Assembly: GCA_039806955.1 (NCBI GenBank)
Contig: JBDHQI010000015.1
Location: 33,437-97,436 of the forward strand
Source of the DNA: Verrucomicrobiota bacterium
GTDB taxonomy: Bacteria > Verrucomicrobiota > Verrucomicrobiia > Limisphaerales > JADLHS01
DNA length: 64,000 nt
Reading direction: 5' to 3'
Of this stretch, positions 55,925-64,000 are shown in pieces. Position 1 is the stretch's first letter. Every line of letters starts with the position of its first letter. Both the position numbers and the translations under genes were made by a program. The notes below the pieces were generated by a model, which saw only the letters and a program-made list of their open reading frames with translations, was not told the origin of the DNA and made no database searches.

Positions 55925-58900
55925 TCACGTCGCCGGCGGCGGTTTGGATCGGGACAACTTGCGTTCGCGCAGCCAGGCAAAGATGACGGGCGTCACAATC
56001 AAAATGTGCAACAAGCTGCTGATCATGCCGCCGATTACTGGCACGGCCAGCGGTTTCATCACTTCCGCGCCCTGACGATGACTCCACAGGATCGGTAGCA
56101 AACTCGCCACAATGGTCGCCACGGTCATCACTTTCGGACGCAATCGCAGTCGCGCGCCGTCCTTGACCGCGCGGACCAGGTCCGCGGCATTGAAGGCGGC
56201 ACCGCGTTCTTTCCGCCGTTTTTCCAACATCTCCTCCAAATAAACCACCATCACCACGCCGGTTTGCACCGCCGTGCCAAACAGCGCAATGTAACCGACC
56301 CACACCGCGCCGTTGAAGTTGTAGCCCATCAACTTTTGCAGAAACACCCCGCCGCTCAACGCAAACGGCACCGCCAACAACACGTGCGCGGCTTCCGCTG
56401 CGCGGCGATAAATCTGATACAGCAGCAGGAAAATGATTAGCAACACCGTCGGAAAAACGAGCCGCATCGTTCGTGCGAATCGGCGTTGGTTTTCGTATTC
56501 GCCAGCCAACTGATACGCCATGCCGCTCCAGTTCAACTGTCGCAGCGCTGCTTCCACGTCGTGCACGAAACCGCCGAGATCGCGGTCCTGGACGTTCGCC
56601 TGCACATAAGCGCGCAGTTGTCCGTTCTCGCTGGCAATCTCGTTTGCGCCGACTTCGCGGGTGATGGCGGCCACCATTGCCAGTGGAATGTATCCTGGTT
56701 CATCCCGCTCACTGGAAACGGTTGCTCCGCCGTCGTCCGGGGCCGCCGCGCGATTGTTGTTTTCAGAATGAGTGGCGATGAGCAATCGTCCGATCTTTTC
56801 CAGATCATCGCGTTCGCCGCGTTCCAGGCGTACTTGGATCGGATAGCGTTCGCGTCCGGCGATGACGACGCTCACATTTTTGCCGCCAAGCCCTACCTCG
56901 ACGGCGTCAAGCACGTCGCGCGCGCTCAACCCATAGCGCGCCATGGCCCGGCGATCCACTTTCACGTTGAGGTACGGTTTGCCCTGATCGCGCGAAGGTG
57001 AAACGCCGGTGGCGCCGGGAATTTTTCGCACGACGGCTTCCACCTCGTACGCTTTGCGCTGCAATGTCTCCAGGTTATCGCCATAAATTTTCACGCCGAC
57101 CTGCGCACGAATCCCGGTGTACAGCATCAGGATGCGGCTCTCGATCGGTTGCAGCAACGCAGGCACATAACCCGGGACGACCCGCAACTGCTCGGTCAAT
57201 TCCGCCTTGAGCTTCTCGAGGGTCATGCCTTCGCGCCAGGCAGGGTTGCGCATGACACGGGGCAGTTTGATAAAGCCCAGCACTGTGCGGTTGGTGGAAA
57301 TCCATTCCGGCTTCAACGTGATGGTGGTTTCCAACATCTCGGTGGGTGCGGGATCGGTGGGCGTCTCGAAGCGCCCGAGCTTGCCCGCCACCATTTCGAT
57401 TTCCGGGATTTTCGCCAGCATCTCGTCCTGCCACGACATGACCCGTTGAATTTCGGAGAATCCGGTTTTGGGCAGCAGCACCGGCATGGACAGCAATCCG
57501 CCCTCGTTCAACGACGGCATGAATTCCTTGCCGAAACCCTGCGCCCAGTTTGCGGTGCGCGTCCAACCCGCCTGCCGCCAGCGCGCGGTCCATTCCGTTG
57601 GCAGACCGAACGCCACCACCAGGGCCGCGGCCAACACCAAGGCCGCCGCCGCAATGACGGTTTTGCGAAAGCGCAACGCCCAATCCAACACCGGATCGTA
57701 CATTTTTAGCAGCAATCGCATGAAGAGGTTGCGGTCCTCGGAATGAAACGGACCGCGCACCAGCAGGCTGCACAAGACGGGGACTAACGTCACCGCCAGC
57801 AGCGTCGAACCGATCATCGCAAAGGTTTTGGTCCAGGCCAGCGGATGAAACAGCTTGCCTTCGCGCCCCGTCAGCGCGAACACCGGCACGAAGGCCAAAA
57901 TGATGATGGCCATCGCAAAGAAGATGGGCCGCCCAACCTGTTGACAGGCCGCCAGCGTTACGCTCCAGCATTCATTCGCCGTCAACGCGCGACCTCGTTC
58001 CGCTTCGCCCCGTTCGCATTGGCGGATCACATTTTCCGTCACCACGATGGCGGCGTCCACCAGCACGCCGATGGCAATCGCAATTCCGGTGAGCGACATG
58101 ATGTTGCTGGTGATGCCCAATTCCCGCATCAACAGAAACGAAATCAGAATGGAAATGGGCAGCGGCAGGGTGACGATGAAAATGCTGCGGAAATGCCACA
58201 GGAAAATAATATGTGCCAGGGTGACGAGCAGGATTTCCTCGACGAGCGCGTGTTTCAGCGTGTCCAGGGTGCGGTCAATCAACGTGCTGCGATCGTAAAA
58301 CGAGCGGATGGAAACGCCCGGCGGCAAACCCGCCGCCAGGTCCGCGATCCGATCTTTCACCCGTTGAATCACCGCCTTGGCGTTCTCGCCGGTGCGCATG
58401 ATGACCGTGCCGCCCACTGCCTCGGCGCCGTTGATGTCGAGCGCGCCGCGCCGAAACGCCCCGCCGATTTGAATGGTGCCCACGTCGCGCAAATAGATCG
58501 GCGTACCATTCACGGTTTTGATGGCGGTTAGCTCAAGGTCGTCAGGGCTGGTGATCAAGCCGATGCCGCGCAGCACAAATTCCGCGCCGTTTTTCTCAAG
58601 CGCCTTGCCGCCGACGTTCAGATTGGCGTCCTGCACGGCGCGCAGAACTTCCCCGAGCGAAACGCCCACCGCGCGCATTTTTGTGCTGCTCAATTCAATC
58701 TGGTATTGCTTGACGAAGCCGCCGATGCTCGCCACTTCCGCCACTCCCGGCACACTGGCGAGTTGATAACGCACCTGCCAATCCTGCACGGCGCGCAACT
58801 GCCCCAGATCGTACCCGCCGCCCGGCGCCCGGGTCGGGTCCACATACAGATAGTATTGATAAATCCAACCCAGCCCGGTCGCATCCGGACCGAGTTGCGG

Positions 58901-59278
58901 TTGCACCCCCGCCGGCATGTTCGCCTGCAAATAATTCAACCGCTCCAACACGCGTGTCCGCGCGAAGTAGGCATCCACGTCCTCATCAAAAATGATTGTG
59001 ACCAGCGCGAAGCCGAACATGGAAGCGGCGCGCACGTCTTTGACGCCGGACAATCCCTGCAACCCCGTCGTCAGGGGGAAAGTCACCTGATCCTCCACCT
59101 CCTGCGGGCCGCGCCCCGCCCAATCCGCATAGACGAGTACTTGATTTTCCGTGAGATCGGGGATCGCGTCCACCGGCGTGCGATACATCGCGCGCCCGCC
59201 CAACGCGATGATCAGCAGCGTGGCGCTAATGACCAGAAACCGGTTCTTGAGACTCCACTCGATGAGGCGATGAATCAT
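55925..59278 (-). CDS. CusA/CzcA-family heavy-metal efflux RND permease
   Basis: 1117 aa with the typical N-terminus MIHRLIEWSLKNRFLVISATLLI and a 12-TM RND architecture with two large periplasmic loops. It lies downstream of the adaptor and outer-membrane-factor genes. Confidence 0.92.
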   Translation of the reverse strand: MIHRLIEWSLKNRFLVISATLLIIALGGRAMYRTPVDAIPDLTENQVLVYADWAGRGPQEVEDQVTFPLTTGLQGLSGVKDVRAASMFGFALVTIIFDEDVDAYFARTRVLERLNYLQANMPAGVQPQLGPDATGLGWIYQYYLYVDPTRAPGGGYDLGQLRAVQDWQVRYQLASVPGVAEVASIGGFVKQYQIELSSTKMRAVGVSLGEVLRAVQDANLNVGGKALEKNGAEFVLRGIGLITSPDDLELTAIKTVNGTPIYLRDVGTIQIGGAFRRGALDINGAEAVGGTVIMRTGENAKAVIQRVKDRIADLAAGLPPGVSIRSFYDRSTLIDRTLDTLKHALVEEILLVTLAHIIFLWHFRSIFIVTLPLPISILISFLLMRELGITSNIMSLTGIAIAIGVLVDAAIVVTENVIRQCERGEAERGRALTANECWSVTLAACQQVGRPIFFAMAIIILAFVPVFALTGREGKLFHPLAWTKTFAMIGSTLLAVTLVPVLCSLLVRGPFHSEDRNLFMRLLLKMYDPVLDWALRFRKTVIAAAALVLAAALVVAFGLPTEWTARWRQAGWTRTANWAQGFGKEFMPSLNEGGLLSMPVLLPKTGFSEIQRVMSWQDEMLAKIPEIEMVAGKLGRFETPTDPAPTEMLETTITLKPEWISTNRTVLGFIKLPRVMRNPAWREGMTLEKLKAELTEQLRVVPGYVPALLQPIESRILMLYTGIRAQVGVKIYGDNLETLQRKAYEVEAVVRKIPGATGVSPSRDQGKPYLNVKVDRRAMARYGLSARDVLDAVEVGLGGKNVSVVIAGRERYPIQVRLERGERDDLEKIGRLLIATHSENNNRAAAPDDGGATVSSERDEPGYIPLAMVAAITREVGANEIASENGQLRAYVQANVQDRDLGGFVHDVEAALRQLNWSGMAYQLAGEYENQRRFARTMRLVFPTVLLIIFLLLYQIYRRAAEAAHVLLAVPFALSGGVFLQKLMGYNFNGAVWVGYIALFGTAVQTGVVMVVYLEEMLEKRRKERGAAFNAADLVRAVKDGARLRLRPKVMTVATIVASLLPILWSHRQGAEVMKPLAVPVIGGMISSLLHILIVTPVIFAWLRERKLSRSKPPPAT

Positions 59279-59288
59279 GATCGGCTCC

Positions 59289-60977
59289 TCAAGGTTTCAC
59301 TTCCGCGCCACAATCCAGCATCTCGGCCCCGAACCACGGATTGCGCGCGCCGGGTTGCAGTTGCATCCATTCCGCCCGATTGGGTGCGCCTGGAAACGCG
59401 TCTTTCGTCATGGGGCAACGGAACACCTTCACGCTGGCAAATGCGGCTTCGTATTTGCGCGCCGCCTGCGCCAAAGCGACCGTCGCTTCGCTGAACGGAT
59501 AAAACGCTTTCCGCGCGGCTTCGAGGGTCGTGGCGGAAGCGAGTTGCCCCGGGTTCAACGTGGCTCGCGCCAGCGATTGCCACGGCCCCGCTTCCTCAAA
59601 TGCCGCCAGCAGTCGTGCGCTCACTTCGGCCGCCGGCGCGGCGCGCAAATTAAACTGCTTCACGTCGTCCGCCGCGAGCGCCGCCGCCAACGCATCGGCC
59701 AGCGCCAGATAATCCGTTACCGCTTGTTGTTGCGTTGCGGTCAAGGCTGGCCACGCCTCTGTCGGGACGGTTGCGTCGGCTCGCGCCGAGGTTGGGGGGC
59801 GATTAATTTCCACTTGTCCGTCCATCAATAAATTGCCGCTCACCACCACGTTTTCCCCGGCGCTTAGGCCGCCGAGAATTTCCACGAGTGTGTCGCCGTG
59901 CCGACCCAACTGCACAGTGCGTCGGGAATAACCGCCGCCGCCCTCGTCCACGAACACCACCGCTTCCGGGCCGGTTTGCAGAATCGCACGGCGCGGTACC
60001 GCCAGCACCTCGGGCGCCGCCAATTGCACCCGGCCTTCGGCATAACTGCGATAGGTCAGAAGGCGCCGCCCGTTGACGACGGGGTTTTCCAATTCCACTC
60101 GGGCCCGCAACGTGCGCGTCAACGGATCAAGCTCTGGCGAGAGGAAATTGATGACGCCCGTGACGGATTGACCGGGATGCGCGGGCGTGCTGACGGTTAC
60201 GGTTTGCCCGGGACGCACCCACGGCAGGTCTTGCTCGTAAACCTGAAACTGAAACCAAAGTCGGGAAAAATCCGCGATCTCGAACAGGCGCGTCCCCTCG
60301 GAAACATATTGTCCGGCCACGACGTCTTTCGCCGTCACGGTGCCGCCGATGGGCGCCAGAATTTCCGAGGTGAGCTGATGAGGATCCTTCTCCGGCACGC
60401 CTTGAATTTGCGCCTCCGTCAACCCCAGTTGCCGCAATCGCGACGCGACCGCCGCCCGCAATTCGTCCGGCGCGACCCGATATTCACGCTCCGCTTGCAG
60501 CAGCGCCGGACTGTAAATTTCGGCCAACGGTTGCCCCGCCGCCACCTCCGCCCCGACAAAACCGAAGTGCAATTTATCAATGCGGCCGCCGACGTAAGCC
60601 GTGATTGCGCGGCGCCGCGTGTCGTCCTGTTCCATCGTCCCGGCCACCGTCAGGGTCTTGGTCAGCGCCTGCGTTTTCACTTCGGTGGTCTGGACGTTCA
60701 GCACGCGCACGGAATTTTCCGAAAGCATGACCGTGTTTTCGTCCGCGCCCGCGCCGTGGTCGCTTGCGTAAATCGGGGTGAGTTCCATGCCGCAAATCGG
60801 GCAGCGCCCCGGTTGCTCGGCCCGGATGTGCGGGTGCATGGAACATTGGTAATACCGTACGGAGCGCCCGGTGGGCGCAGGATGGTCTCCGGAATCTCGA
60901 CAACCGGACAGCGCGAACCACATCAGACCCAAGCCGACGGCGACAATCAGTCGTCCACAGCAAGAGAGAGTTTTCAT
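59289..60977 (-). CDS. RND efflux periplasmic adaptor (CusB-like) with N-terminal heavy-metal-binding domain and C-terminal DUF3347-like extension
   Basis: ATG 60977 (ATGA overlap with the upstream stop) gives lipoprotein-like MKTLSCCGRLIVAVGLGLMWFALSGC. HMBD motif: YYQCSMHPHIRAEQPGRCPICGMELTP. A biotinyl-lipoyl/beta-barrel MFP core follows, then a ~170-aa tail with VFRCPM ... NPWFGAEMLDCG. Confidence 0.88.
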   Translation of the reverse strand: MKTLSCCGRLIVAVGLGLMWFALSGCRDSGDHPAPTGRSVRYYQCSMHPHIRAEQPGRCPICGMELTPIYASDHGAGADENTVMLSENSVRVLNVQTTEVKTQALTKTLTVAGTMEQDDTRRRAITAYVGGRIDKLHFGFVGAEVAAGQPLAEIYSPALLQAEREYRVAPDELRAAVASRLRQLGLTEAQIQGVPEKDPHQLTSEILAPIGGTVTAKDVVAGQYVSEGTRLFEIADFSRLWFQFQVYEQDLPWVRPGQTVTVSTPAHPGQSVTGVINFLSPELDPLTRTLRARVELENPVVNGRRLLTYRSYAEGRVQLAAPEVLAVPRRAILQTGPEAVVFVDEGGGGYSRRTVQLGRHGDTLVEILGGLSAGENVVVSGNLLMDGQVEINRPPTSARADATVPTEAWPALTATQQQAVTDYLALADALAAALAADDVKQFNLRAAPAAEVSARLLAAFEEAGPWQSLARATLNPGQLASATTLEAARKAFYPFSEATVALAQAARKYEAAFASVKVFRCPMTKDAFPGAPNRAEWMQLQPGARNPWFGAEMLDCGAEVKP

Positions 60978-62326
60978 GGCGTGTTTCCTTTCGTTTCGCT
61001 CGCGAGAGTTTGCAACGCTTCCCAATCGGCACAGCCGCAATAGCGAGCCAATTCAGCAAGCGCCTGATATTGTTCGGCCACGGCTTGGGCGTAACGCAAC
61101 CGACCGTCCAGCAACATACGCCGCGCGTCGAGCGCGTCGCGCAACAGCCCGCCGGATTCAAAGAGCGCCTCGGCGCTGGCCAACGCCTGTTCGCTGCGAG
61201 GAATGACTTGATCCTGATACAGCAACGCCTCGCGGCGCGCGGCGGCAGCGCGGGTGATGAGCGCATGAATTTCCACCCGCACTATCTGGATGGCGTCGAG
61301 CGATTCCAGCTCGGCGGCGCGACGCTGCTGTTCCTCCCGGCGGACGGCGGCGCGGTATTTGGCGCGATTCCCCCACGGGATGCTGAAGCCGAGCATGACT
61401 TCTGTGGAGCGCCAGTTGCGTTCACGAACATAAGTGCTGTTTTGCAATTCCAACATCACGTCGGGCCAGCGTTCCTTGCCCGCCAGTTGTACGCCGGCCG
61501 TCGCCACTTGAATTTCCGCCCGCGCCCGCGCCAGGTCCGACGAATGAGCCAGCGCCGCCGCCAGTAAGCGCGGGTGAAATTGAATTTCTGCCGCCACTGG
61601 TGGCAATCGCAGTCGAGGCCAGGCTTGGGTCAGATCGCGATTCAGCAATCGGTTCACGACCAAGTAAGCTTGCGCGCGGTTGGCGCGTTCGGTCTGGAGT
61701 TCGGCGGCGCGTTTGCTTTGCTCGTTTTGCAAGGTCAACACGTCCACGAGTCGCGCGTTGCCCGAGCGATAGCTGGCTTCAATGGTGCGCGTGGTCAAAT
61801 CCAGCCATTGCAAATCCTGTCCGGCAATTGCCACCGTTTCATCCGCCAACGCCGCGCGCCCCAGCGCCTGGAGCAATTCCTGGCGCAACCGTTGAAATTG
61901 CGCGTCACCCGTCGTAGCGGCCACGGCCAGTTCCGCCGCCGCCAGCTCGCGTTGCGCGCCCGGCTTGCCGAACAGCGGCAGCTTCTGTTCGAGGCCGTAA
62001 ATAAAATCGCCGTCGTCCCGGCGCATCATGCGGTTTGCCGCCATTCCGCCCACGCGCACCACGGGATCTTCCCAGGTGCGAATGGATTCAATTTGCGCGG
62101 CAGCGGCGTTGGTGCGGGCTTGTGCCGCCAGCAACGCCGGATGGTTCGTTGCCAATTCAGCGACCCATTCCGCGAGCAACGCCGGCGTGAGTTGCCGCCC
62201 GGCATCCGCTGTGGGCGGCGGATTGATGTCCGACAACTCTGGCGGCGTCTGGCCGAATCCAGACCCGCTCCCCGTGGCCAATACAATGATGACCGCAACC
62301 AACCGACCCAGTATTTTTCTCTTCAT
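60974..62326 (-). CDS. TolC-family outer membrane efflux factor (CusC-like)
   Basis: Signal peptide MKRKILGRLVAVIIVLATG. Two repeated alpha-helical/beta-barrel halves follow. It is the first gene of the three-gene efflux operon. Confidence 0.85.
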   Translation of the reverse strand: MKRKILGRLVAVIIVLATGSGSGFGQTPPELSDINPPPTADAGRQLTPALLAEWVAELATNHPALLAAQARTNAAAAQIESIRTWEDPVVRVGGMAANRMMRRDDGDFIYGLEQKLPLFGKPGAQRELAAAELAVAATTGDAQFQRLRQELLQALGRAALADETVAIAGQDLQWLDLTTRTIEASYRSGNARLVDVLTLQNEQSKRAAELQTERANRAQAYLVVNRLLNRDLTQAWPRLRLPPVAAEIQFHPRLLAAALAHSSDLARARAEIQVATAGVQLAGKERWPDVMLELQNSTYVRERNWRSTEVMLGFSIPWGNRAKYRAAVRREEQQRRAAELESLDAIQIVRVEIHALITRAAAARREALLYQDQVIPRSEQALASAEALFESGGLLRDALDARRMLLDGRLRYAQAVAEQYQALAELARYCGCADWEALQTLASETKGNTP

Positions 62327-62413
62327 GCCAATCAGAATTTTTCAACTTCAAACCACGCCTCCGTACGCAGTGCGTCCGGAACAAGACACACGTCAGGTGT
62401 TTGATATGAAGAA

Positions 62414-62761
62414 TCAGATCAGCAGGGCGCAATTCCGCTGGAACAGCGGAACGGCTGGGAGCAACTCGAAGGCAGAAGGAGAAGGGAAAAGGTTTGCCGC
62501 CGTCACTACGCCAATGACCGGAGTCGTGGCGCGCGCCAGATCCGCATGAAAATCGGTTGAACTGTTGACGGGCAGCGTCGCGGCGGCTACCGGCAGCGCA
62601 TCAGGAGTGGCGGCTTCCACGCAACCGCAGGTGGTTTTGGTGACGCAACAAGCGCAGACCGGCTCAGGTGTGGCTGCCGCTGTGGTGACTTTGGGCGCGG
62701 CAACCATGATTTGCAGCCAAATCATGGCCAGACCCAGAATGATTGCCGCCGTCTTTTTCAC
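62414..62761 (-). CDS. Small exported Cys-rich hypothetical protein
   Basis: Signal/anchor MKKTAAIILGLAMIWLQIMVAAP, then the cluster CACCVTKTTCGC. It sits 87 nt upstream of the efflux operon on the same strand. Confidence 0.5.
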   Translation of the reverse strand: MKKTAAIILGLAMIWLQIMVAAPKVTTAAATPEPVCACCVTKTTCGCVEAATPDALPVAAATLPVNSSTDFHADLARATTPVIGVVTAANLFPSPSAFELLPAVPLFQRNCALLI

Positions 62762-62816
62762 CGCTTTAATTCATCATTTACCGTGCCAGACCCCGCTCGG
62801 AAGTGTAATCCGGGCG

Positions 62817-63104
62817 CTACTTTTTCTCTGCCTGGGTCGTCGTTTTTTTTGCAGCTTCCAGCTTTTTGAGATACTTGGCGGGATCTTTTTTGAAGTCCTT
62901 CGCGCAGGGTTTGCAGCACAATTTAATCTCCTGATCCTTGTGGATGAACACGTAAGGATCGTCCATTTCTCCGAGCTTCTCATCCGAAACAAGGCATACG
63001 TCGAGTGGATACGGTTTGATGGCCGCCTTCTTCTTGCTGGCGGCGAGCAAGGGCAGCGCGGTCGCACTCAACAAAATGAGGAGCAAAGGTAAAATCTTTT
63101 TCAT
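62817..63104 (-). CDS. Small secreted protein with YHS/TRASH-like Cys motif
   Basis: ATG 63104 gives signal peptide MKKILPLLLILLSATALPLLAA. LDVCLVSDEKLG...YVFIHKDQEIKLCCKPCAKDFKKDPAKYL resembles the YHS/TRASH metal-binding arrangement. Confidence 0.55.
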   Translation of the reverse strand: MKKILPLLLILLSATALPLLAASKKKAAIKPYPLDVCLVSDEKLGEMDDPYVFIHKDQEIKLCCKPCAKDFKKDPAKYLKKLEAAKKTTTQAEKK

Positions 63105-63157
63105 AACGCTTATTTTTCCACGCTCATTAGAGGCGAATCCAGCCATAAAGTTCAAGA

Positions 63158-63973
63158 TTATTTGCTCGCGGCCGTTGGACGCAGCGCCTGATATCTTCCG
63201 ATCCGGTAACTGCGCGCAATGGCGCGAGTGATAAATCGCTTCGCCGCCCGGACGGCGGCTTCCAGTTTCGCTCCGCGCGCCAAATAGGCGGTGATGGCTG
63301 CTGAATAAGTGCAGCCCGTGCCGTGCGTGGTGACGCCTTTGATGCGCCGGGTTTTCAGCACGGTGAAGCGCTTGCCGTCAAACAACACATCCACCGCTTC
63401 TCCCTGTAAGTCGAGATGGCCGCCTTTCACCAGGGCCGCGCCGCCAAAAGTAGCGTGCAACGATTCCGCCGCTTCCAGCAAATCCTCCAGAGTGCGGAGC
63501 TTCCGGCCGACGAGAAGCTGAGCCTCATCCAGATTTGGCGTGATCAAGACGGCGCGTGGCAACAAGCGCTCTTTCAGCGCGCGGATGGCCGAAGATTTGA
63601 GCAATACCGCGCCGCTGGTGGCGACCATGACCGGGTCCACCACCAGCGGCGGGCGTCGGCCCGCCTCCCAAAAATCGGCAACGCGGTTGATGATGTCCGC
63701 CGAAAACAACATTCCGGTTTTTGCCGCGCCGACGGGCAATGCATCCATGATCGCCGCCATTTGGTCGCGCACCAGGTCCGGGCGTACCGGCTGAATGCCC
63801 GTCACCGCCTTGGGATTCTGCGCCGTGATACAGGTGATGGCGCTCGTGCCGTGACAACGCAACGCCGCAAAGGTTTTCAGATCGGTCTGGATGCCCGCGC
63901 CACCGCCGCTGTCCGAACCAGCGATGGTGAGTGCGATGGGCCATGCGAGACGTTTCATAAACAGATCAGGCAA
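63158..63973 (-). CDS. thiD: Hydroxymethylpyrimidine / phosphomethylpyrimidine kinase
   Basis: [74 protein letters not shown]. The start could be the internal ATG at 63955. Confidence 0.92.
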   Translation of the reverse strand: MPDLFMKRLAWPIALTIAGSDSGGGAGIQTDLKTFAALRCHGTSAITCITAQNPKAVTGIQPVRPDLVRDQMAAIMDALPVGAAKTGMLFSADIINRVADFWEAGRRPPLVVDPVMVATSGAVLLKSSAIRALKERLLPRAVLITPNLDEAQLLVGRKLRTLEDLLEAAESLHATFGGAALVKGGHLDLQGEAVDVLFDGKRFTVLKTRRIKGVTTHGTGCTYSAAITAYLARGAKLEAAVRAAKRFITRAIARSYRIGRYQALRPTAASK

Positions 63974-64000
63974 CGAATGAAAAAGGTTTTCATTTCAAGC

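Noticed and set aside
54565-62404. Antisense ORFs 54565..55647 (-, other frame), 57075..57971 (-), 57149..57709 (+), 57845..58531 (+), 58706..59494 (+), 59898..61043 (+), 61010..61567 (+), 61574..62404 (+)
   Set aside because: All overlap the TPR-membrane gene or the CusCBA-type genes in other frames or strands. Their compositions are Arg/Gly/His-rich with no motifs.
1-64000. Search for CRISPR arrays, transposases/integrases, prophage genes, rRNA or toxin-antitoxin/defence cassettes
   Set aside because: None was found. There are no regularly spaced direct repeats, no DDE/tyrosine/serine recombinase motifs and no phage structural genes. No nuclease/helicase defence-type genes were seen among the translated ORFs.

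Overview
The window reads as a 64 kb chromosomal segment of a moderately high-GC bacterium. I infer a PVC / Verrucomicrobiota-like origin from many H-X9-DG prepilin-type proteins, lamin-tail-domain (LTD) and CotH giant exoproteins, and recurrent ...RFYRL tail modules. About 45 protein genes can be supported, plus one tRNA-Leu(GAG). No rRNA, CRISPR array, transposase or integrase was seen. Recognisable housekeeping genes are hemL, ilvB, lptD, a parC-like gene, moxR, comM, cinA, lutABC, cysC and thiD. Accessory content includes an ECF sigma/anti-sigma pair, three giant secreted proteins, two pseudopilins with a NusG paralog, a SorAB-like sulfite dehydrogenase, and a decorated CusCBA-type metal efflux operon. 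The best candidates for follow-up are: (1) a methyltransferase / polytopic histidine kinase / receiver-kinase trio in the same order as phcB-phcS-phcR of Ralstonia (fatty-acid methyl ester quorum sensing), next to a divergent FadL-type channel; (2) an unannotated Val/Leu/Ile-rich leader peptide plus terminator/antiterminator upstream of an orphan ilvB; (3) a Sel1-repeat/trypsin-like protease gene broken only by two in-frame TAG codons; (4) an unassigned ~160-aa module and a C-terminal RF[YF]R tail module shared by the giant exoproteins; (5) two ORF-poor, hairpin-rich intergenic blocks (5089-5757 and 12517-13003) that I could not assign to any RNA family by eye. All functional calls come from motif recognition in the translated ORFs, and no database search was run.
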